Assembly: GCA_025454975.1 (NCBI GenBank)
Contig: JALONK010000008.1
Span: 7,569 to 71,568 of the forward strand
Direction: 5' to 3'
DNA: 64,000 bases
Origin: Bacteroidia bacterium
Lineage (GTDB): Bacteria > Bacteroidota > Bacteroidia > UKL13-3
Part shown: positions 10,800 to 22,070 of the stretch, one piece after another
Layout of the letters: each line of letters starts with the position of its first letter
Position numbering within the stretch: the first letter of the stretch is position 1
The notes under the pieces: generated by a model
The model's input: the letters and a program-made list of their open reading frames with translations, nothing else
The model's database searches: none
Told to the model about the DNA's origin: nothing
Program-made: the position numbers and the translations under genes

Positions 10800-11365
10800 A
10801 TGCACATAGGTCCTCTTGAGCTAAAGACGAAAAAGCAGGTCTATTTGCACTTATGTAGTTCCATAAATTCTCAGCAATTGTCTAACAAGGTGGCGGATGT
10901 TATTTATGCCTGATTTCTGGTACTTTACGGAAAAAAGTTACCTAAAGCTCAACAAATTATTGATACCCCTGATGAGTAGTTGCGGGCAATAGGCTTATCT
11001 AATGCAAAGGCGGGGTACATAAAAAATGTATGCTTTTTTTTGTAGAGCATGAAATTACCGACAAAATATTGCATGCCATGGCTGATCAAGAGGTTTTAAA
11101 CATGCATATACAAATAAAAATGGGTAGGGAAGTGGCCAGTAAAATGATATTGATGTTTACCTTAGGCAGGGAAAAAGTATTTGCCGTTGAAGATTTTGGT
11201 ATTCAGCAGGCCATGGCTATACTTTATGGAATTCAATCGGTTGATAAAAGACAAATAAAAGCCCAAAAGCTTAAGCAAGTCGAAAAATGGCAATCTTACC
11301 CTACTTACGCCTGCATGTATTTGTGGAGCATTAAATACAATTGTAAAAAAATAACTAAAACGTAA
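10800..11365 (+). pseudogene. Decayed DNA-3-methyladenine glycosylase II (AlkA/HhH-GPD family) gene
   Basis: Conserved HhH-GPD blocks (SQQLSNKVADVIYA, YGKKLPKAQQIIDTPDE-LRAIGLSNAKAGYIKNV, FTLGREKVFAVEDFGIQQAMAILYG) are interrupted by in-frame TGA (10911-10913) and TAG (10977-10979), plus a +1 frame change inside a T8 run (11034-11041). Confidence 0.6.
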
Positions 11366-11413
11366 AATAATTGCTAAACCATATCGTTACTAAGATAACA
11401 AGTACTAATCATT

Positions 11414-13540
11414 ATGGCAATTATTCAAACAACAATCGCAGAATTAAGGGATCCGTCTTCTGCTGCTATCGTTCCAAATGTTTCAGATATTTATTACACC
11501 ACGGACCCTGGTCAGGAAGGTGAATGGAGATATATAGGGCTACAAGATATAGGATGGGGGAATATAGATAATACAGGAACTATTCTTAACGGAAATCCCG
11601 AACCTCCTGAAACAAAAAAATATGTATTTAAAAGAATTTATGATGGGTATGTAAATGTAAAATGGTTTGGAGCAAAAGGAGATAACTTCGCTGATGACAC
11701 TACTGCTATTCAGAGTGCGTTGAATTATATAAGCATGGCTGTACCATTATTTCCAGCTACAGTTGAATCTTCGTGGAATAGATGGATATATGGAGGTGGG
11801 ACATTGTTTTTTCCACAAGGTGTTTATGTAATTAAGGATACTCTAATAATTGGACAACATACAAAGTTGCTTGGGATATCAAAAGGAGGTGACGCATATC
11901 CATATTCAAGTAGTTATAATACTGGTTCAGTAATTAAATGTATATTTCAAAATTATAATAAATGGGCAATTGATTCATCTTGCTATTGGACCTTTGGTAC
12001 TCCGAATGCAGGAGATAATATAGAAAGTGGAGGCTATGTCACAGGACCAGATTTTGATAATGGAAAGGTAACAACAAGCACCGGTATTGTTATTGACAGC
12101 TTGATTATAGATTGCGGAACTGGTCAAGATGAGGAGAGGCCTGGGCTATTTGGAGGAATACGATTAAATTCATCTCCCAATTCTATAATTAGGAATTGTA
12201 CTATATTCAATTCGAGCGTTTCCATATTATTATCTTCATGTTGGGGGACTTCTGTTTTGGATGTTTATTCTGTATCATACAACTATGGTATAGTGGTAAT
12301 TCAATGTAATGCCATCAGTTTATTTAGAAACTATCTCAATGGAAAAGGAGATCAATCTATTAATGAAATTCCTAAATTCGTTAGTGATATAGATTTTGGC
12401 ACTTTGGATTTGTTTGAAGATAAAAAGAGTATGGGTATTTTGATTCAGGCTTCATCAAGTTTGAATCTTGATGGAAACACTATAGAAAAGTTTAATACTG
12501 GTTTATTTGCTTCTTGGTCTACTTTAGATTTAAATGCAACTTACTTGGAAGCTATATTAGACTACGGAATGGTCTTTAATGGTCCAGTTCAAGCAAATAT
12601 AACTCAAACACGCTTAATAAGATTGCCTTTTGGATTTTATGTAGGTTCTGGACCTAGATTAATAATTAATGATGTCAGCATTAGTGAAAATGTTTCTCAA
12701 TTATATGTGACTAACAATATAGTTTCAGGGTGGAGAAATATTCAATTTAGTCAAGTAAGAATTTTCAAAGCAGGAATATGGTGGCCCCCAACAATTATTC
12801 CTGCGTTACCGCCGATTTCAGGTCATAGGATATACAACAGGGATATAATTTTTGTAGATGAGCAAGTTACAAGCTCGATATACATTGATGGAATGGAAGG
12901 CAACGACAATAACTACGGGTTCTCTGCACAAGATCCTGTCAAAACCTTTGATGCTGCATTAATCAGGGTGCAAAATCAAAATACGCTTAATCCGGTAAGG
13001 ACAATTTTACTAAAGAGAGGAACTACGGTTACAAAAGACCTTTCGTTTAAGGTATTAGAAAATGTAGATGTTTTGGTAAAAGATTATGGCGAAGAACAAG
13101 ATTATCCAATACTTTATTTTTCGGGAACTGGCGAAACTCCGCAGGTCGGTCAAATCACTTTAGAGTCTAATGTAAATCTATGTTTTAGGAATATTATTAT
13201 AAGTTCTGTAAATAATCCTGTATTTGAATCTCCCGTCATTACCAATCTGGCATTGTTTGGCTCAAATACAGTATATGCTAAATTGGCTTTTACTTTTGAT
13301 GTACGTCCTCAAACAGGCAATAATATAGACTTGTCAGACGCGTATTGTTTAGTGCAATCAACGGGCGTAAAATCGCTTTTGGATATTAAATTTGTTAACA
13401 GTTTGGTGTCGGGTTGGGCGCTTAGTAATAATATTTCTGGAGTGCCACAAAATATTGCCGTCGATTGTATACAAGTTAATAGCACCAACAATACTATCGC
13501 AGGATGGCTATCAGCACAGATTATTAGAAACAATTTCTAA
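11414..13540 (+). CDS. Right-handed parallel beta-helix protein (pectate-lyase-3/tailspike-like), no signal peptide
   Basis: 708 aa; N-terminal VNVKWFGAKGDNFADDTTAIQSAL matches the Pectate_lyase_3 motif; then repetitive Gly/Asn/Ser-rich beta-helix-like sequence; no N-terminal signal peptide or lipobox. Confidence 0.55.
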   Translation: MAIIQTTIAELRDPSSAAIVPNVSDIYYTTDPGQEGEWRYIGLQDIGWGNIDNTGTILNGNPEPPETKKYVFKRIYDGYVNVKWFGAKGDNFADDTTAIQSALNYISMAVPLFPATVESSWNRWIYGGGTLFFPQGVYVIKDTLIIGQHTKLLGISKGGDAYPYSSSYNTGSVIKCIFQNYNKWAIDSSCYWTFGTPNAGDNIESGGYVTGPDFDNGKVTTSTGIVIDSLIIDCGTGQDEERPGLFGGIRLNSSPNSIIRNCTIFNSSVSILLSSCWGTSVLDVYSVSYNYGIVVIQCNAISLFRNYLNGKGDQSINEIPKFVSDIDFGTLDLFEDKKSMGILIQASSSLNLDGNTIEKFNTGLFASWSTLDLNATYLEAILDYGMVFNGPVQANITQTRLIRLPFGFYVGSGPRLIINDVSISENVSQLYVTNNIVSGWRNIQFSQVRIFKAGIWWPPTIIPALPPISGHRIYNRDIIFVDEQVTSSIYIDGMEGNDNNYGFSAQDPVKTFDAALIRVQNQNTLNPVRTILLKRGTTVTKDLSFKVLENVDVLVKDYGEEQDYPILYFSGTGETPQVGQITLESNVNLCFRNIIISSVNNPVFESPVITNLALFGSNTVYAKLAFTFDVRPQTGNNIDLSDAYCLVQSTGVKSLLDIKFVNSLVSGWALSNNISGVPQNIAVDCIQVNSTNNTIAGWLSAQIIRNNF

Positions 13541-13565
13541 TGAGGTTTTAAAAAGACCTAACAGC

Positions 13566-13606
13566 AACAAAACAAAGGTCACAGTTTTTAACAAGTGACT
13601 TTTGTT
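13566..13606 (+). terminator. Rho-independent terminator after the beta-helix gene
   Basis: ACAAAGGTCAC-agtttttaacaa-GTGACTTTTGTTT (one G-U pair) followed by a T-rich tract. Confidence 0.55.
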
Positions 13607-13715
13607 TCGGGGCTAACTGCTAAAATTAATTCTGAGACAAAAAATATTATTTTCTAAAAATAGGTGATTTTTTTTGTCAATCAATATGATTACTTAAAGT
13701 TTTTCTCTAAAAAAC

Positions 13716-13745
13716 TTGTTCATCCCAATATCTTACGTATATTTG
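13716..13745 (+). promoter_or_regulatory. Putative promoter of the str/S10/spc/alpha ribosomal superoperon (-33 TTG, 19-nt spacer, -7 TATATTTG)
   Basis: TTG at 13716-13718 and TATATTTG at 13738-13745, followed by CAGCCC; about 190-nt leader before rpsL. Confidence 0.5.
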
Positions 13746-13939
13746 CAGCCCTTTTAAGATAAAAAAGGAATCAGGATTGTTAAAGTCTGATGGTTATTAA
13801 AGCTAAAGTAACCCGCTCAGCAACCAATGTTTTAAAGATTTTTAAAATATTTTTTGTCAGGCACTTGCATAGCTAAATTATTCCCTCTACTTTTGCCGTC
13901 CCTAAAAATTAAGGAAAACTGTTTTTTTAAAAGCAAAAT

Positions 13940-14353
13940 ATGCCAACTATACAACAGCTTGTAAGAAAAGGACGTAATGATGTTGCTACTAAAAGCAAAT
14001 CACCAGCCTTAGATTCATGTCCACAACGCAGAGGTGTTTGTACACGTGTGTACACTACAACTCCTAAGAAGCCAAATTCAGCCATGCGTAAGGTTGCCCG
14101 TGTTCGTTTAACCAACGGAAACGAGGTAAATGCCTACATTCCGGGTGAAGGTCACAACCTACAAGAGCACTCTATCGTGCTTGTTCGCGGAGGTCGTGTT
14201 AAGGATTTACCGGGTGTACGTTATCACATTGTACGCGGTGCATTAGATACTGCAGGTGTTAACGGACGTAATCAACGCAGATCAAAATACGGTACTAAGA
14301 AGCCTAAGCCGGGACAAGCTCCTGCTGCTGATGCTAAAGGTAAAAAGAAATAA
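13940..14353 (+). CDS. rpsL: 30S ribosomal protein S12 (Lys-rich C-terminal extension)
   Basis: [12 protein letters not shown]...[11 protein letters not shown]. Confidence 0.95.
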   Translation: MPTIQQLVRKGRNDVATKSKSPALDSCPQRRGVCTRVYTTTPKKPNSAMRKVARVRLTNGNEVNAYIPGEGHNLQEHSIVLVRGGRVKDLPGVRYHIVRGALDTAGVNGRNQRRSKYGTKKPKPGQAPAADAKGKKK

Positions 14354-14368
14354 AAGGGTTAGCAAACA

Positions 14369-14839
14369 ATGAGAAAGACAAAACCTAAAAAACGCATTTT
14401 ATTACCTGATCCAAAATTCAATGATATTTTGGTTACAAGGTTTGTAAATAACTTAATGTGGGAAGGCAAAAAAAGTGTTGCCTACTCAGTATTCTACAAT
14501 GCACTTGATAAAGTAGAATCGAAAACACAAGAGAGAGGTATTGATGTTTGGAAAAAAGCATTGAATAATATCATGCCATCAGTGGAAGTAAAAGCAAGAC
14601 GTGTTGGTGGAGCTACATTTCAAATTCCAATGGAAGTTCCTGCCGACAGAAAAATTGCAGTAGGGATGAAATGGATGATTGATTATTCTCGTAAACGCAA
14701 TGAAAAATCAATGGCCGATAAATTAGCTAACGAAATTATAGCTGCAAGCAAAGGTGAGGGAGCTGCCGTTAAAAAACGTGAAGATACACACCGTATGGCT
14801 GAAGCAAATAAAGCATTCTCTCATTTTAAACTTAGCTAA
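14369..14839 (+). CDS. rpsG: 30S ribosomal protein S7
   Basis: 156 aa; S7 family; str operon order. Confidence 0.95.
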   Translation: MRKTKPKKRILLPDPKFNDILVTRFVNNLMWEGKKSVAYSVFYNALDKVESKTQERGIDVWKKALNNIMPSVEVKARRVGGATFQIPMEVPADRKIAVGMKWMIDYSRKRNEKSMADKLANEIIAASKGEGAAVKKREDTHRMAEANKAFSHFKLS

Positions 14840-14860
14840 TCAACGGAAGAAGCACTTATC

Positions 14861-16963
14861 ATGGCAAGAGATTTATCATTAACTAGAAATATTGGAATTG
14901 CAGCTCACATTGATGCAGGTAAAACTACTACAACCGAGCGTATCCTATATTATTCAGGTGTAAACCATAAAATTGGTGAAGTACACGACGGTGCATCTAC
15001 TATGGACTGGATGGTTCAAGAAGCCGAGCGTGGTATCACCATTACCTCTGCGGCAACTACTGTTCCTTGGAATTACCGCAATAAAAAATATCATATCAAT
15101 ATTATTGATACTCCCGGTCACGTTGACTTTACCGTAGAGGTTAATCGTTCATTACGTGTATTAGATGGGTTAGTATTTTTATTCTCTGCTGTAGACGGTG
15201 TTGAACCACAATCAGAAACAAATTGGCGTTTAGCTAACAACTATAACGTAGCCCGTTTAGGTTTTGTTAATAAAATGGATCGTTCCGGTGCTGATTTCTT
15301 AAACGTGTGCAAACAAGTTAGAGAAATGTTAGGAAGCAACGCAGTTCCATTACAATTACCAATTGGTGCTGAAGATAATTTCAAAGGGGTTGTTGATTTA
15401 ATCAACTTCCGCGGAATGATCTGGAATGAGCACGACAAAGGCATGACTTATGAAGTAGTTGAAATTCCTGCTGATATGCTTGAAGAAGCAAAAGAATGGA
15501 GAGAAAAACTACTTGAAGCTGTTTCGGAATATGATGATTCATTAATGGAGAAATTCTTTGATGACCCAACTCAAATTACCGAAAGAGAAATATTAGATGC
15601 TTTACGTAAAGCTGTAATTGACATGAAAATTGTTCCAATGCTTTGCGGTTCATCATTCAAAAATAAAGGTGTTCAAACCATGCTTGATTTGGTAATGGAA
15701 TTATTACCAAGTCCTTTAGACAAGAAAAGTATTGTTGGAACAAACCCTGACACAGGTGCTGAAATTGAACGTAAACCATCATATGATGACCCGTTTTGCG
15801 CACTTGCATTCAAAATTGCTACTGACCCATTTGTTGGTCGCCTAGCTTTTATGCGTGCATACTCAGGAAAGTTAGATGCAGGTTCATACATCTTAAATAC
15901 ACGCAGCGGCAACAAAGAACGTATTTCGCGTATTTTCCAAATGCATGCTAACAAACAAAATCCTATTGAGTCGCTTGGTGCAGGTGATATTGGTGCAGCA
16001 GTAGGTTTTAAAGATATCAAAACAGGTGATACTTTATGTGAAGAAAAACACCCTATTGTACTTGAAGCCATGCAATTCCCTGAACCGGTTATCGGTTTGG
16101 CTATTGAGCCAAAAACTCAGGCCGACGTAGATAAATTAGGAATCGCTTTAGGTAAATTAGCGGAAGAGGATCCAACATTTAGGGTTCGTACCGATGAAGA
16201 AACGGGGCAAACCGTAATCTCAGGTATGGGTGAGTTACATTTGGAAATTATTGTTGATCGTTTAAAACGTGAGTTTAAGGTAGAATGTAACCAAGGTGCA
16301 CCTCAAGTATCATACAAAGAGACTATTCAAAATGCTACTTCACATAGAGAAGTATACAAAAAACAATCAGGTGGTAGAGGTAAGTTTGCGGATATTCAAT
16401 TTGAATTAATCCCTGGCGATCCATCAAAAACAGGATTGGAATTCGTAAATGAAATTGTTGGTGGTGCTATTCCAAAAGAATTCATCCCTGCAGTACAGAA
16501 AGGTTTTGCAGAGGCCATGAAGAACGGTGTTTTAGCCGGTTATGCAATCGAAAGTTTAAAAGTTCGCTTGTTTGACGGTTCATTTCACCCGGTTGACTCA
16601 GATTCTTTATCATTTGAGTTGGCTGCAAAAATAGGTTTCAAAGAAGCAGCCCGTAAAGCAAGCCCGGTATTACTTGAACCAATTATGAAAGTTGAAGTAT
16701 TAACCCCGGAAGAAAATATGGGTGATATCATTGGCGACTTAAACAAGAGAAGAGGACAATTACAAGGAATGGATACACGTGCAGGATCACAAGTAATTAA
16801 AGCACAAGTTCCATTAGCTGAAATGTTTGGTTACGTTACACAGTTACGTACCTTATCATCAGGTAGAGCAACTTCAACCATGGAGTTTGATCACTACGCT
16901 GAAGCACCTAGAAATGTTCAAGAAGAAGTATTAGCAAAAGTAAACGGTAAAGCAAAAGCTTAA
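14861..16963 (+). CDS. fusA: Elongation factor G
   Basis: 700 aa; [16 protein letters not shown]-domain, DTPGHVDF. Confidence 0.97.
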   Translation: MARDLSLTRNIGIAAHIDAGKTTTTERILYYSGVNHKIGEVHDGASTMDWMVQEAERGITITSAATTVPWNYRNKKYHINIIDTPGHVDFTVEVNRSLRVLDGLVFLFSAVDGVEPQSETNWRLANNYNVARLGFVNKMDRSGADFLNVCKQVREMLGSNAVPLQLPIGAEDNFKGVVDLINFRGMIWNEHDKGMTYEVVEIPADMLEEAKEWREKLLEAVSEYDDSLMEKFFDDPTQITEREILDALRKAVIDMKIVPMLCGSSFKNKGVQTMLDLVMELLPSPLDKKSIVGTNPDTGAEIERKPSYDDPFCALAFKIATDPFVGRLAFMRAYSGKLDAGSYILNTRSGNKERISRIFQMHANKQNPIESLGAGDIGAAVGFKDIKTGDTLCEEKHPIVLEAMQFPEPVIGLAIEPKTQADVDKLGIALGKLAEEDPTFRVRTDEETGQTVISGMGELHLEIIVDRLKREFKVECNQGAPQVSYKETIQNATSHREVYKKQSGGRGKFADIQFELIPGDPSKTGLEFVNEIVGGAIPKEFIPAVQKGFAEAMKNGVLAGYAIESLKVRLFDGSFHPVDSDSLSFELAAKIGFKEAARKASPVLLEPIMKVEVLTPEENMGDIIGDLNKRRGQLQGMDTRAGSQVIKAQVPLAEMFGYVTQLRTLSSGRATSTMEFDHYAEAPRNVQEEVLAKVNGKAKA

Positions 16964-16967
16964 TATC

Positions 16968-17276
16968 ATGGTTAACCAAAGAATAAGAATCAAATTAAAG
17001 TCATTCGACTACAACCTGGTTGACAAATCGGCTGAGAAGATTGTTAAGACAGTGAAATCTACTGGTGCAGTAGTTAGCGGACCAATTCCGTTACCAACTA
17101 AAAAGAAAATTTACACTGTGTTACGCTCGCCACATGTTAACAAAAAGGCAAGAGAGCAATTCCAGTTAAATTCTTACAAAAGAATTCTGGACATCTACAG
17201 TTCAACCGCAAAAACTGTTGATGCGCTTATGAAATTAGAATTACCAAGCGGTGTAGATGTAGAAATTAAAGTTTGA
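16968..17276 (+). CDS. rpsJ: 30S ribosomal protein S10
   Basis: 102 aa; [11 protein letters not shown]... Confidence 0.95.
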   Translation: MVNQRIRIKLKSFDYNLVDKSAEKIVKTVKSTGAVVSGPIPLPTKKKIYTVLRSPHVNKKAREQFQLNSYKRILDIYSSTAKTVDALMKLELPSGVDVEIKV

Positions 17277-17288
17277 TCATAGAAAATT

Positions 17289-17906
17289 ATGTCAGGACTG
17301 ATAGGAAAAAAAATAGGAATGACCAGCATATTCGATAAGAACGGCAAAAACGTTGCTTGTACAATTATCGAGGCAGGTCCATGTGTGGTGACTCAGGTGA
17401 GAACCAACGAAAAAGATGGATACAATGCTGTTCAGCTAGCGTATGGAGAACGTAAGGAAAAAAACACTCCCGCTGCGCAATTAGGCATATTTAAAAGAGC
17501 TAACACTTCGCCAAAATCTAAATTGGTTGAATTCAAAGGCTTCGAACAAACACTTGAATTAGGCGCAACAATAACTGTTGACCTATTCGAAGAAGGCGAG
17601 TTTGTTGATGTCGTTGGAACTTCAAAAGGTAAAGGTTTTCAAGGTGTGGTAAAGCGTCATGGTTTTAGTGGTGTGGGTATGCAAACTCACGGTCAACACA
17701 ACCGTTTAAGAGCACCCGGATCTCTTGGAGCATCTTCTGATCCTTCTCGTGTATTTAAAGGTATGCGCATGGCCGGTCGTACCGGTGGTGATAGGGTTAA
17801 GAAAACAAACCTTGAAATTTTAAAAGTAATGAAAGACCAAAATTTACTTGTTGTAAAAGGCAGTATCCCTGGTTCAAAAGGTTCAATCGTTTTTATAGAG
17901 AAATAA
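17289..17906 (+). CDS. rplC: 50S ribosomal protein L3
   Basis: 205 aa; [15 protein letters not shown]. Confidence 0.95.
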   Translation: MSGLIGKKIGMTSIFDKNGKNVACTIIEAGPCVVTQVRTNEKDGYNAVQLAYGERKEKNTPAAQLGIFKRANTSPKSKLVEFKGFEQTLELGATITVDLFEEGEFVDVVGTSKGKGFQGVVKRHGFSGVGMQTHGQHNRLRAPGSLGASSDPSRVFKGMRMAGRTGGDRVKKTNLEILKVMKDQNLLVVKGSIPGSKGSIVFIEK

Positions 17907-17907
17907 C

Positions 17908-18534
17908 ATGGAAGTATCAGTATTAAGCATAAACGGAACAGAAACCGGCAAGAAAGTTAAACTTTCGGAAAGCATATTTGGTATTGAACCTAACAACCAT
18001 GCAATTTACTTGGATGTAAAACAGTACTTAGCAAACCAACGCCAAGGAACTCACAAGGCAAAGGAGAAAAGTGAAGTAAGCGGTTCAACCAAAAAATTAC
18101 ACCGTCAAAAAGGAACAGGTGGTTCTCGTAAAGGTAGTATCAAATCAGGTACTTTCGTAGGTGGTGCCAGAATTCATGGTCCACGTCCGAGAAACTACAG
18201 TTTTAAATTGAATCAAAAATTAAAGCAACTGGCACGTAAGTCAGCTTTAGCATACAAAGCAAAAGAGAACAATATCACAGTTGTTGAGAACTTCAATTTA
18301 GACGCAGCTAAAACCAAACAATATATCAGTATCTTAAATAATTTGAATTTAGGAAATGAAAAGGTGTTGCTTGTTTTACCTGAATACAATAAAAACATCT
18401 ACTTGTCAAGCAGAAATTTGCCTAAGTCGAAAGTAATAGTTGCAAGTGATGTTAATACATATGAAATATTGCACGCTAACAAAGTAATCTTTTTAGAGAA
18501 CACAGTTACGGCTATTGAAAACATTTTAAATTAA
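17908..18534 (+). CDS. rplD: 50S ribosomal protein L4
   Basis: 208 aa; S10 operon order. Confidence 0.93.
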   Translation: MEVSVLSINGTETGKKVKLSESIFGIEPNNHAIYLDVKQYLANQRQGTHKAKEKSEVSGSTKKLHRQKGTGGSRKGSIKSGTFVGGARIHGPRPRNYSFKLNQKLKQLARKSALAYKAKENNITVVENFNLDAAKTKQYISILNNLNLGNEKVLLVLPEYNKNIYLSSRNLPKSKVIVASDVNTYEILHANKVIFLENTVTAIENILN

Positions 18535-18539
18535 GAGAA

Positions 18540-18830
18540 ATGAGCGTATTAAAAAAGCCCTTGATTACTGAAAAATCATCACGCTTAAGCGAAAAGCTTG
18601 GACAATACAGCTTCATCGTTGATAAAGATGCAAGCAAACCGGAGATAAAAGCTGCGGTTGAAAAAATGTACGAAGTGAAAGTGACTAGTGTTAGTACTGC
18701 CATCTACATGGGTAAAAGCAAATCACGCTTCACTAAAAAAGGTTTTTTCCACGGAAGAAGACCATCATTTAAAAAAGCTATTATTACCGTTCAACAGGGT
18801 CAAGTAATTGATTTCTTCGCGAACATTTAA
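18540..18830 (+). CDS. rplW: 50S ribosomal protein L23
   Basis: 96 aa. Confidence 0.93.
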   Translation: MSVLKKPLITEKSSRLSEKLGQYSFIVDKDASKPEIKAAVEKMYEVKVTSVSTAIYMGKSKSRFTKKGFFHGRRPSFKKAIITVQQGQVIDFFANI

Positions 18831-18844
18831 TTATACATTTAACT

Positions 18845-19669
18845 ATGGGAATTAGAAAATATAGGCCAATGACTCCGGGTACTCGCTTTAAACTTGCGAA
18901 TACTTTTGAGGAGATCACTACATCAACACCCGAAAAATCGTTGTTGGCCAAAAAAACAAAATCAGGCGGACGTAACGGTTCAGGAAAAATGACCATGCGT
19001 TACATCGGCGGCGGGCACAAAAAGAAATATAGGATTATTGATTTCAAGCGTAACAAACATGCAGTTCCTGCTACTGTTGCATCGGTTGAGTATGATCCAA
19101 ACCGTACAGGTCGTATTGCATTATTGAATTATGCAGACGGAGAAAAGCGTTATATTCTTGCGCCACATGGATTACAAGTTGGTCAGAAATTAATGAGTGG
19201 ACCGGGTGCAGCTCCGGAAGTTGGTAACGCACTTTTGTTATCAGAAATTCCATTAGGTACAATCATCCACAATATAGAATTACAACCTGGACAAGGTGCA
19301 AAATTGGTTCGTGCCGCAGGAGCCTTCGCTCAGTTGTTAAACCGTGATGGCAAATACGCAATCATTAAGTTAGCTTCAGGTGAAACAAGAATGATTTTAG
19401 CTTCATGCTTGGCAACTATAGGTTCAGTATCAAATCCTGATCATAGTTTAGAGCGTAAAGGTAAAGCCGGTGCCAATCGTTGGAGAGGTATTCGTCCACG
19501 TACAAGACCTGTGGCAATGAATCCAGTAGATCATCCAATGGGTGGTGGTGAAGGTAGAGCTTCAGGTGGACATCCACGCTCGCGTAAAGGTATTCCGGCT
19601 AAAGGATACAAAACACGCACACCTAAAAAATATTCAAATAAATTTATCATAGAAAGACGTAAGAAGTAA
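18845..19669 (+). CDS. rplB: 50S ribosomal protein L2
   Basis: 274 aa; [12 protein letters not shown]. Confidence 0.96.
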   Translation: MGIRKYRPMTPGTRFKLANTFEEITTSTPEKSLLAKKTKSGGRNGSGKMTMRYIGGGHKKKYRIIDFKRNKHAVPATVASVEYDPNRTGRIALLNYADGEKRYILAPHGLQVGQKLMSGPGAAPEVGNALLLSEIPLGTIIHNIELQPGQGAKLVRAAGAFAQLLNRDGKYAIIKLASGETRMILASCLATIGSVSNPDHSLERKGKAGANRWRGIRPRTRPVAMNPVDHPMGGGEGRASGGHPRSRKGIPAKGYKTRTPKKYSNKFIIERRKK

Positions 19670-19675
19670 TAATAT

Positions 19676-19942
19676 ATGGCTCGTTCGCTAAAAAAAGGAC
19701 CATTCGTTGATGTTAAGCTTGACAAAAAAGTTCAAGTGTTAAACGAATCAAAGAAAAAGACAGTGGTTAAAACCTGGTCTCGCAGATCAATGATTACTCC
19801 TGACTTTGTAGGTCATACATTTGCAGTACATAACGGGAATAAATTTATCCCTGTATATGTAACAGAAAATATGGTAGGACATAAGTTAGGTGAATTTGCA
19901 CCTACCAGAACGTTTAAGAGTCACCCGGTTAAAAAAGACTAA
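19676..19942 (+). CDS. rpsS: 30S ribosomal protein S19
   Basis: 88 aa; [12 protein letters not shown]. Confidence 0.95.
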   Translation: MARSLKKGPFVDVKLDKKVQVLNESKKKTVVKTWSRRSMITPDFVGHTFAVHNGNKFIPVYVTENMVGHKLGEFAPTRTFKSHPVKKD

Positions 19943-19948
19943 TGAATA

Positions 19949-20338
19949 ATGGAAGCAGTAGCTAAGTTAAATAATTGTCCTACATCACCTCGTAAAATGA
20001 GGTTGCTTGCCGACTTAGTTCGCGGCAAACGTGTAGAGGAAGCGATGAATATTTTACGCTTCAATAACAAAAAGGAAAACGCACACCGATTAGAAAAGCT
20101 GATTCGTTCAGCAATTGCTAACTGGGAACAAAAAAATGATGGTGCAAATGTAGACGCAGCTCAGTTGTATGTAAAAACCATCTTTGTTGATGGTGGCGCA
20201 ATGATGAAAAGGGTATTACCTGCTCCTCAAGGTCGTGCATACCGAGTAAGAAAACGCTCAAATCACGTAACACTTGTGGTTGACAGCAAAATTGCTGCTA
20301 ACGTAGAAACTGATAACAATAATAACAACGATAATTAA
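19949..20338 (+). CDS. rplV: 50S ribosomal protein L22 (poly-Asn C-terminal tail)
   Basis: 129 aa; ends ...[10 protein letters not shown]. Confidence 0.93.
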   Translation: MEAVAKLNNCPTSPRKMRLLADLVRGKRVEEAMNILRFNNKKENAHRLEKLIRSAIANWEQKNDGANVDAAQLYVKTIFVDGGAMMKRVLPAPQGRAYRVRKRSNHVTLVVDSKIAANVETDNNNNNDN

Positions 20339-20348
20339 TTAAATCAGA

Positions 20349-21134
20349 ATGGGACAAAAAGTAAACCCGATAGGTTTAAGACTAGGTATCATCAGAGGCT
20401 GGGAGTCGAACTGGTACGGAGGTAATAATTTTGCTGATAAGCTGATTGAAGACGAGAAAATCAGAAAGTACTTAAACGCACGTATTCCGAAAGGAGGCAT
20501 TGCGCGCATTATTATCGAAAGAACAATAAAGCGTATTATTATAACGATTCATACTTCTCGTCCGGGTATTGTAATTGGCAAAGCAGGTTCAGAAGTTGAT
20601 AAAATCAAGGAAGAGCTTAAAAAGTTAACGAAAAAGGATGTTCAAATTAACATATTTGAAATCAAACGTCCTGAGTTAGATGCAACGCTTGTAGGAGAAA
20701 CCATAGCAAATCAAATTGAAGCCCGTGTATCATATAAGCGTGCTTTAAAAACTGCGATAGCTTCAACTATGCGCATGCAAGCCGAAGGTATCAAAATTAT
20801 GATCTCAGGTCGTTTAGGTGGTGCAGAGATGGCTCGTTCTGAAACATACAAAGAAGGAAGAACTCCGTTACATACCTTACGTGCAGATATTGATTATGCC
20901 ATTGTAGAAGCATTAACTGTATATGGTAAAATCGGTATCAAAGTATGGATTTGTAAAGGAGAGGTTTTCGGCAAACGTGATTTATCACCGAACGTTGGAG
21001 TAAGTGGATCAGAGGGAGTGAAAGGCGGTCGTGGTGGATCAGATAGAAGACCGGATAGAAAAGGACCAAGAAACGATCGTCAACGTGGCGATAGAAAAGG
21101 ACCAAGAACCGGCGATAGAAAAGGAAAAAATTAA
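20349..21134 (+). CDS. rpsC: 30S ribosomal protein S3 (repetitive Arg/Lys/Asp/Gly C-terminal extension)
   Basis: 261 aa; KH domain [13 protein letters not shown]...; tail [30 protein letters not shown]. Confidence 0.95.
   Translation: MGQKVNPIGLRLGIIRGWESNWYGGNNFADKLIEDEKIRKYLNARIPKGGIARIIIERTIKRIIITIHTSRPGIVIGKAGSEVDKIKEELKKLTKKDVQINIFEIKRPELDATLVGETIANQIEARVSYKRALKTAIASTMRMQAEGIKIMISGRLGGAEMARSETYKEGRTPLHTLRADIDYAIVEALTVYGKIGIKVWICKGEVFGKRDLSPNVGVSGSEGVKGGRGGSDRRPDRKGPRNDRQRGDRKGPRTGDRKGKN
21040..21127 (+). repeat. Imperfect tandem repeat (GATAGAAAAGGACCAAGAA-like, 3-4 copies) encoding the S3 C-terminal DRKGPR repeats
   Basis: GATAGAAGACCG / GATAGAAAAGGACCAAGAAACG / GATAGAAAAGGACCAAGAACCG / GATAGAAAAGGAAAAAA. 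Confidence 0.7.
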
Positions 21135-21165
21135 TTAAGGGTAATACGAATAAAACGAAATCACA

Positions 21166-21585
21166 ATGTTACAACCTAAGAAAACTAAATACAGAAAGCA
21201 ACAAAAAGGTCGCATCAAAGGTAATGCTACTCGCGGAGCTGTATTAGCGTTTGGCTCATTTGGTTTAAAAACACTTGAAACCAAGTTTATCACTGCTAAA
21301 CAATTGGAAGCTGCTCGTATTGCGTTAACACGTCACATGAAACGTGAAGGACAAGTATGGATTCGTATTTTCCCGGACAAGCCGATTACCAAGAAGCCAG
21401 CAGAAGTGCGTATGGGTAAAGGTAAAGGTGCACCGGAATATTGGGTAGCACGTGTAAAGCCGGGTATCATCATGTTTGAAATTGAAGGTGTGCCGATGGA
21501 TATAGCTAAAGAAGCGTTAAGATTAGCGGCACAGAAATTACCTGTGGTAACGAAATTTATTGTTAAACCTGATTACGTAGCATAA
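21166..21585 (+). CDS. rplP: 50S ribosomal protein L16
   Basis: 139 aa; [16 protein letters not shown]. Confidence 0.95.
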   Translation: MLQPKKTKYRKQQKGRIKGNATRGAVLAFGSFGLKTLETKFITAKQLEAARIALTRHMKREGQVWIRIFPDKPITKKPAEVRMGKGKGAPEYWVARVKPGIIMFEIEGVPMDIAKEALRLAAQKLPVVTKFIVKPDYVA

Positions 21586-21586
21586 C

Positions 21587-21790
21587 ATGAAAAATACAGA
21601 GATCAGAGAACTGTCGGATAAAGAATTGGGCGCACGCATTAAGAGCGAGAAAATACAATTAACAAAATTGATGTTCAATCATGCAGTTACTCCATTAGAA
21701 AATACCAATACTTTAAAAGACACCAAAAAGTTGATTGCTCGTCTATTAACCGAGCAGAAAAAAAGGCAATTAGCCGCTAATGCTCAATAA
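21587..21790 (+). CDS. rpmC: 50S ribosomal protein L29
   Basis: 67 aa; position and sequence. Confidence 0.9.
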   Translation: MKNTEIRELSDKELGARIKSEKIQLTKLMFNHAVTPLENTNTLKDTKKLIARLLTEQKKRQLAANAQ

Positions 21791-21798
21791 GAAGAAAA

Positions 21799-22068
21799 AT
21801 GGAAACAACACCGGAAGTAAGAAATTCGCGCAAAGTAATCATCGGTAAGGTGGTTAGCAATAAAATGCAAAAAACCATTGTAGTTGCCGTTGAGCGTAAA
21901 GTGATGCACCCTAAATACGGGAAATTCATCAAAATGACATCAAAATTTAAAGCTCATGACGAGAAAAACGAGTGTGGCATTAACGATATAGTTAAGCTTA
22001 TGGAGACTCGTCCGCTGAGTAAAGATAAACGTTGGAGATTAGTTGAAATAATCGAAAAAGCTAAGTAA
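21799..22068 (+). CDS. rpsQ: 30S ribosomal protein S17
   Basis: 89 aa. Confidence 0.93.
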   Translation: METTPEVRNSRKVIIGKVVSNKMQKTIVVAVERKVMHPKYGKFIKMTSKFKAHDEKNECGINDIVKLMETRPLSKDKRWRLVEIIEKAK

Positions 22069-22070
22069 TC

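Noticed and set aside
10800-13606. Prophage or mobile-element interpretation of the alkA-pseudogene / beta-helix region
   Set aside because: No integrase, transposase, capsid, terminase, att-like direct repeats or tRNA are present. A single tailspike-like gene is insufficient to call a mobile element.
15673-16071. 132-aa ORF antisense to fusA, and similar antisense or alternate-frame ORFs inside accC (9571-10064), ald (4817-5324), secY (26636-26929), rplF/rplR (24616-25106) and rpsE (25221-25460)
   Set aside because: All lie within well-supported conserved genes on the opposite strand or in another frame, with no independent coding signal. They are typical spurious ORFs.
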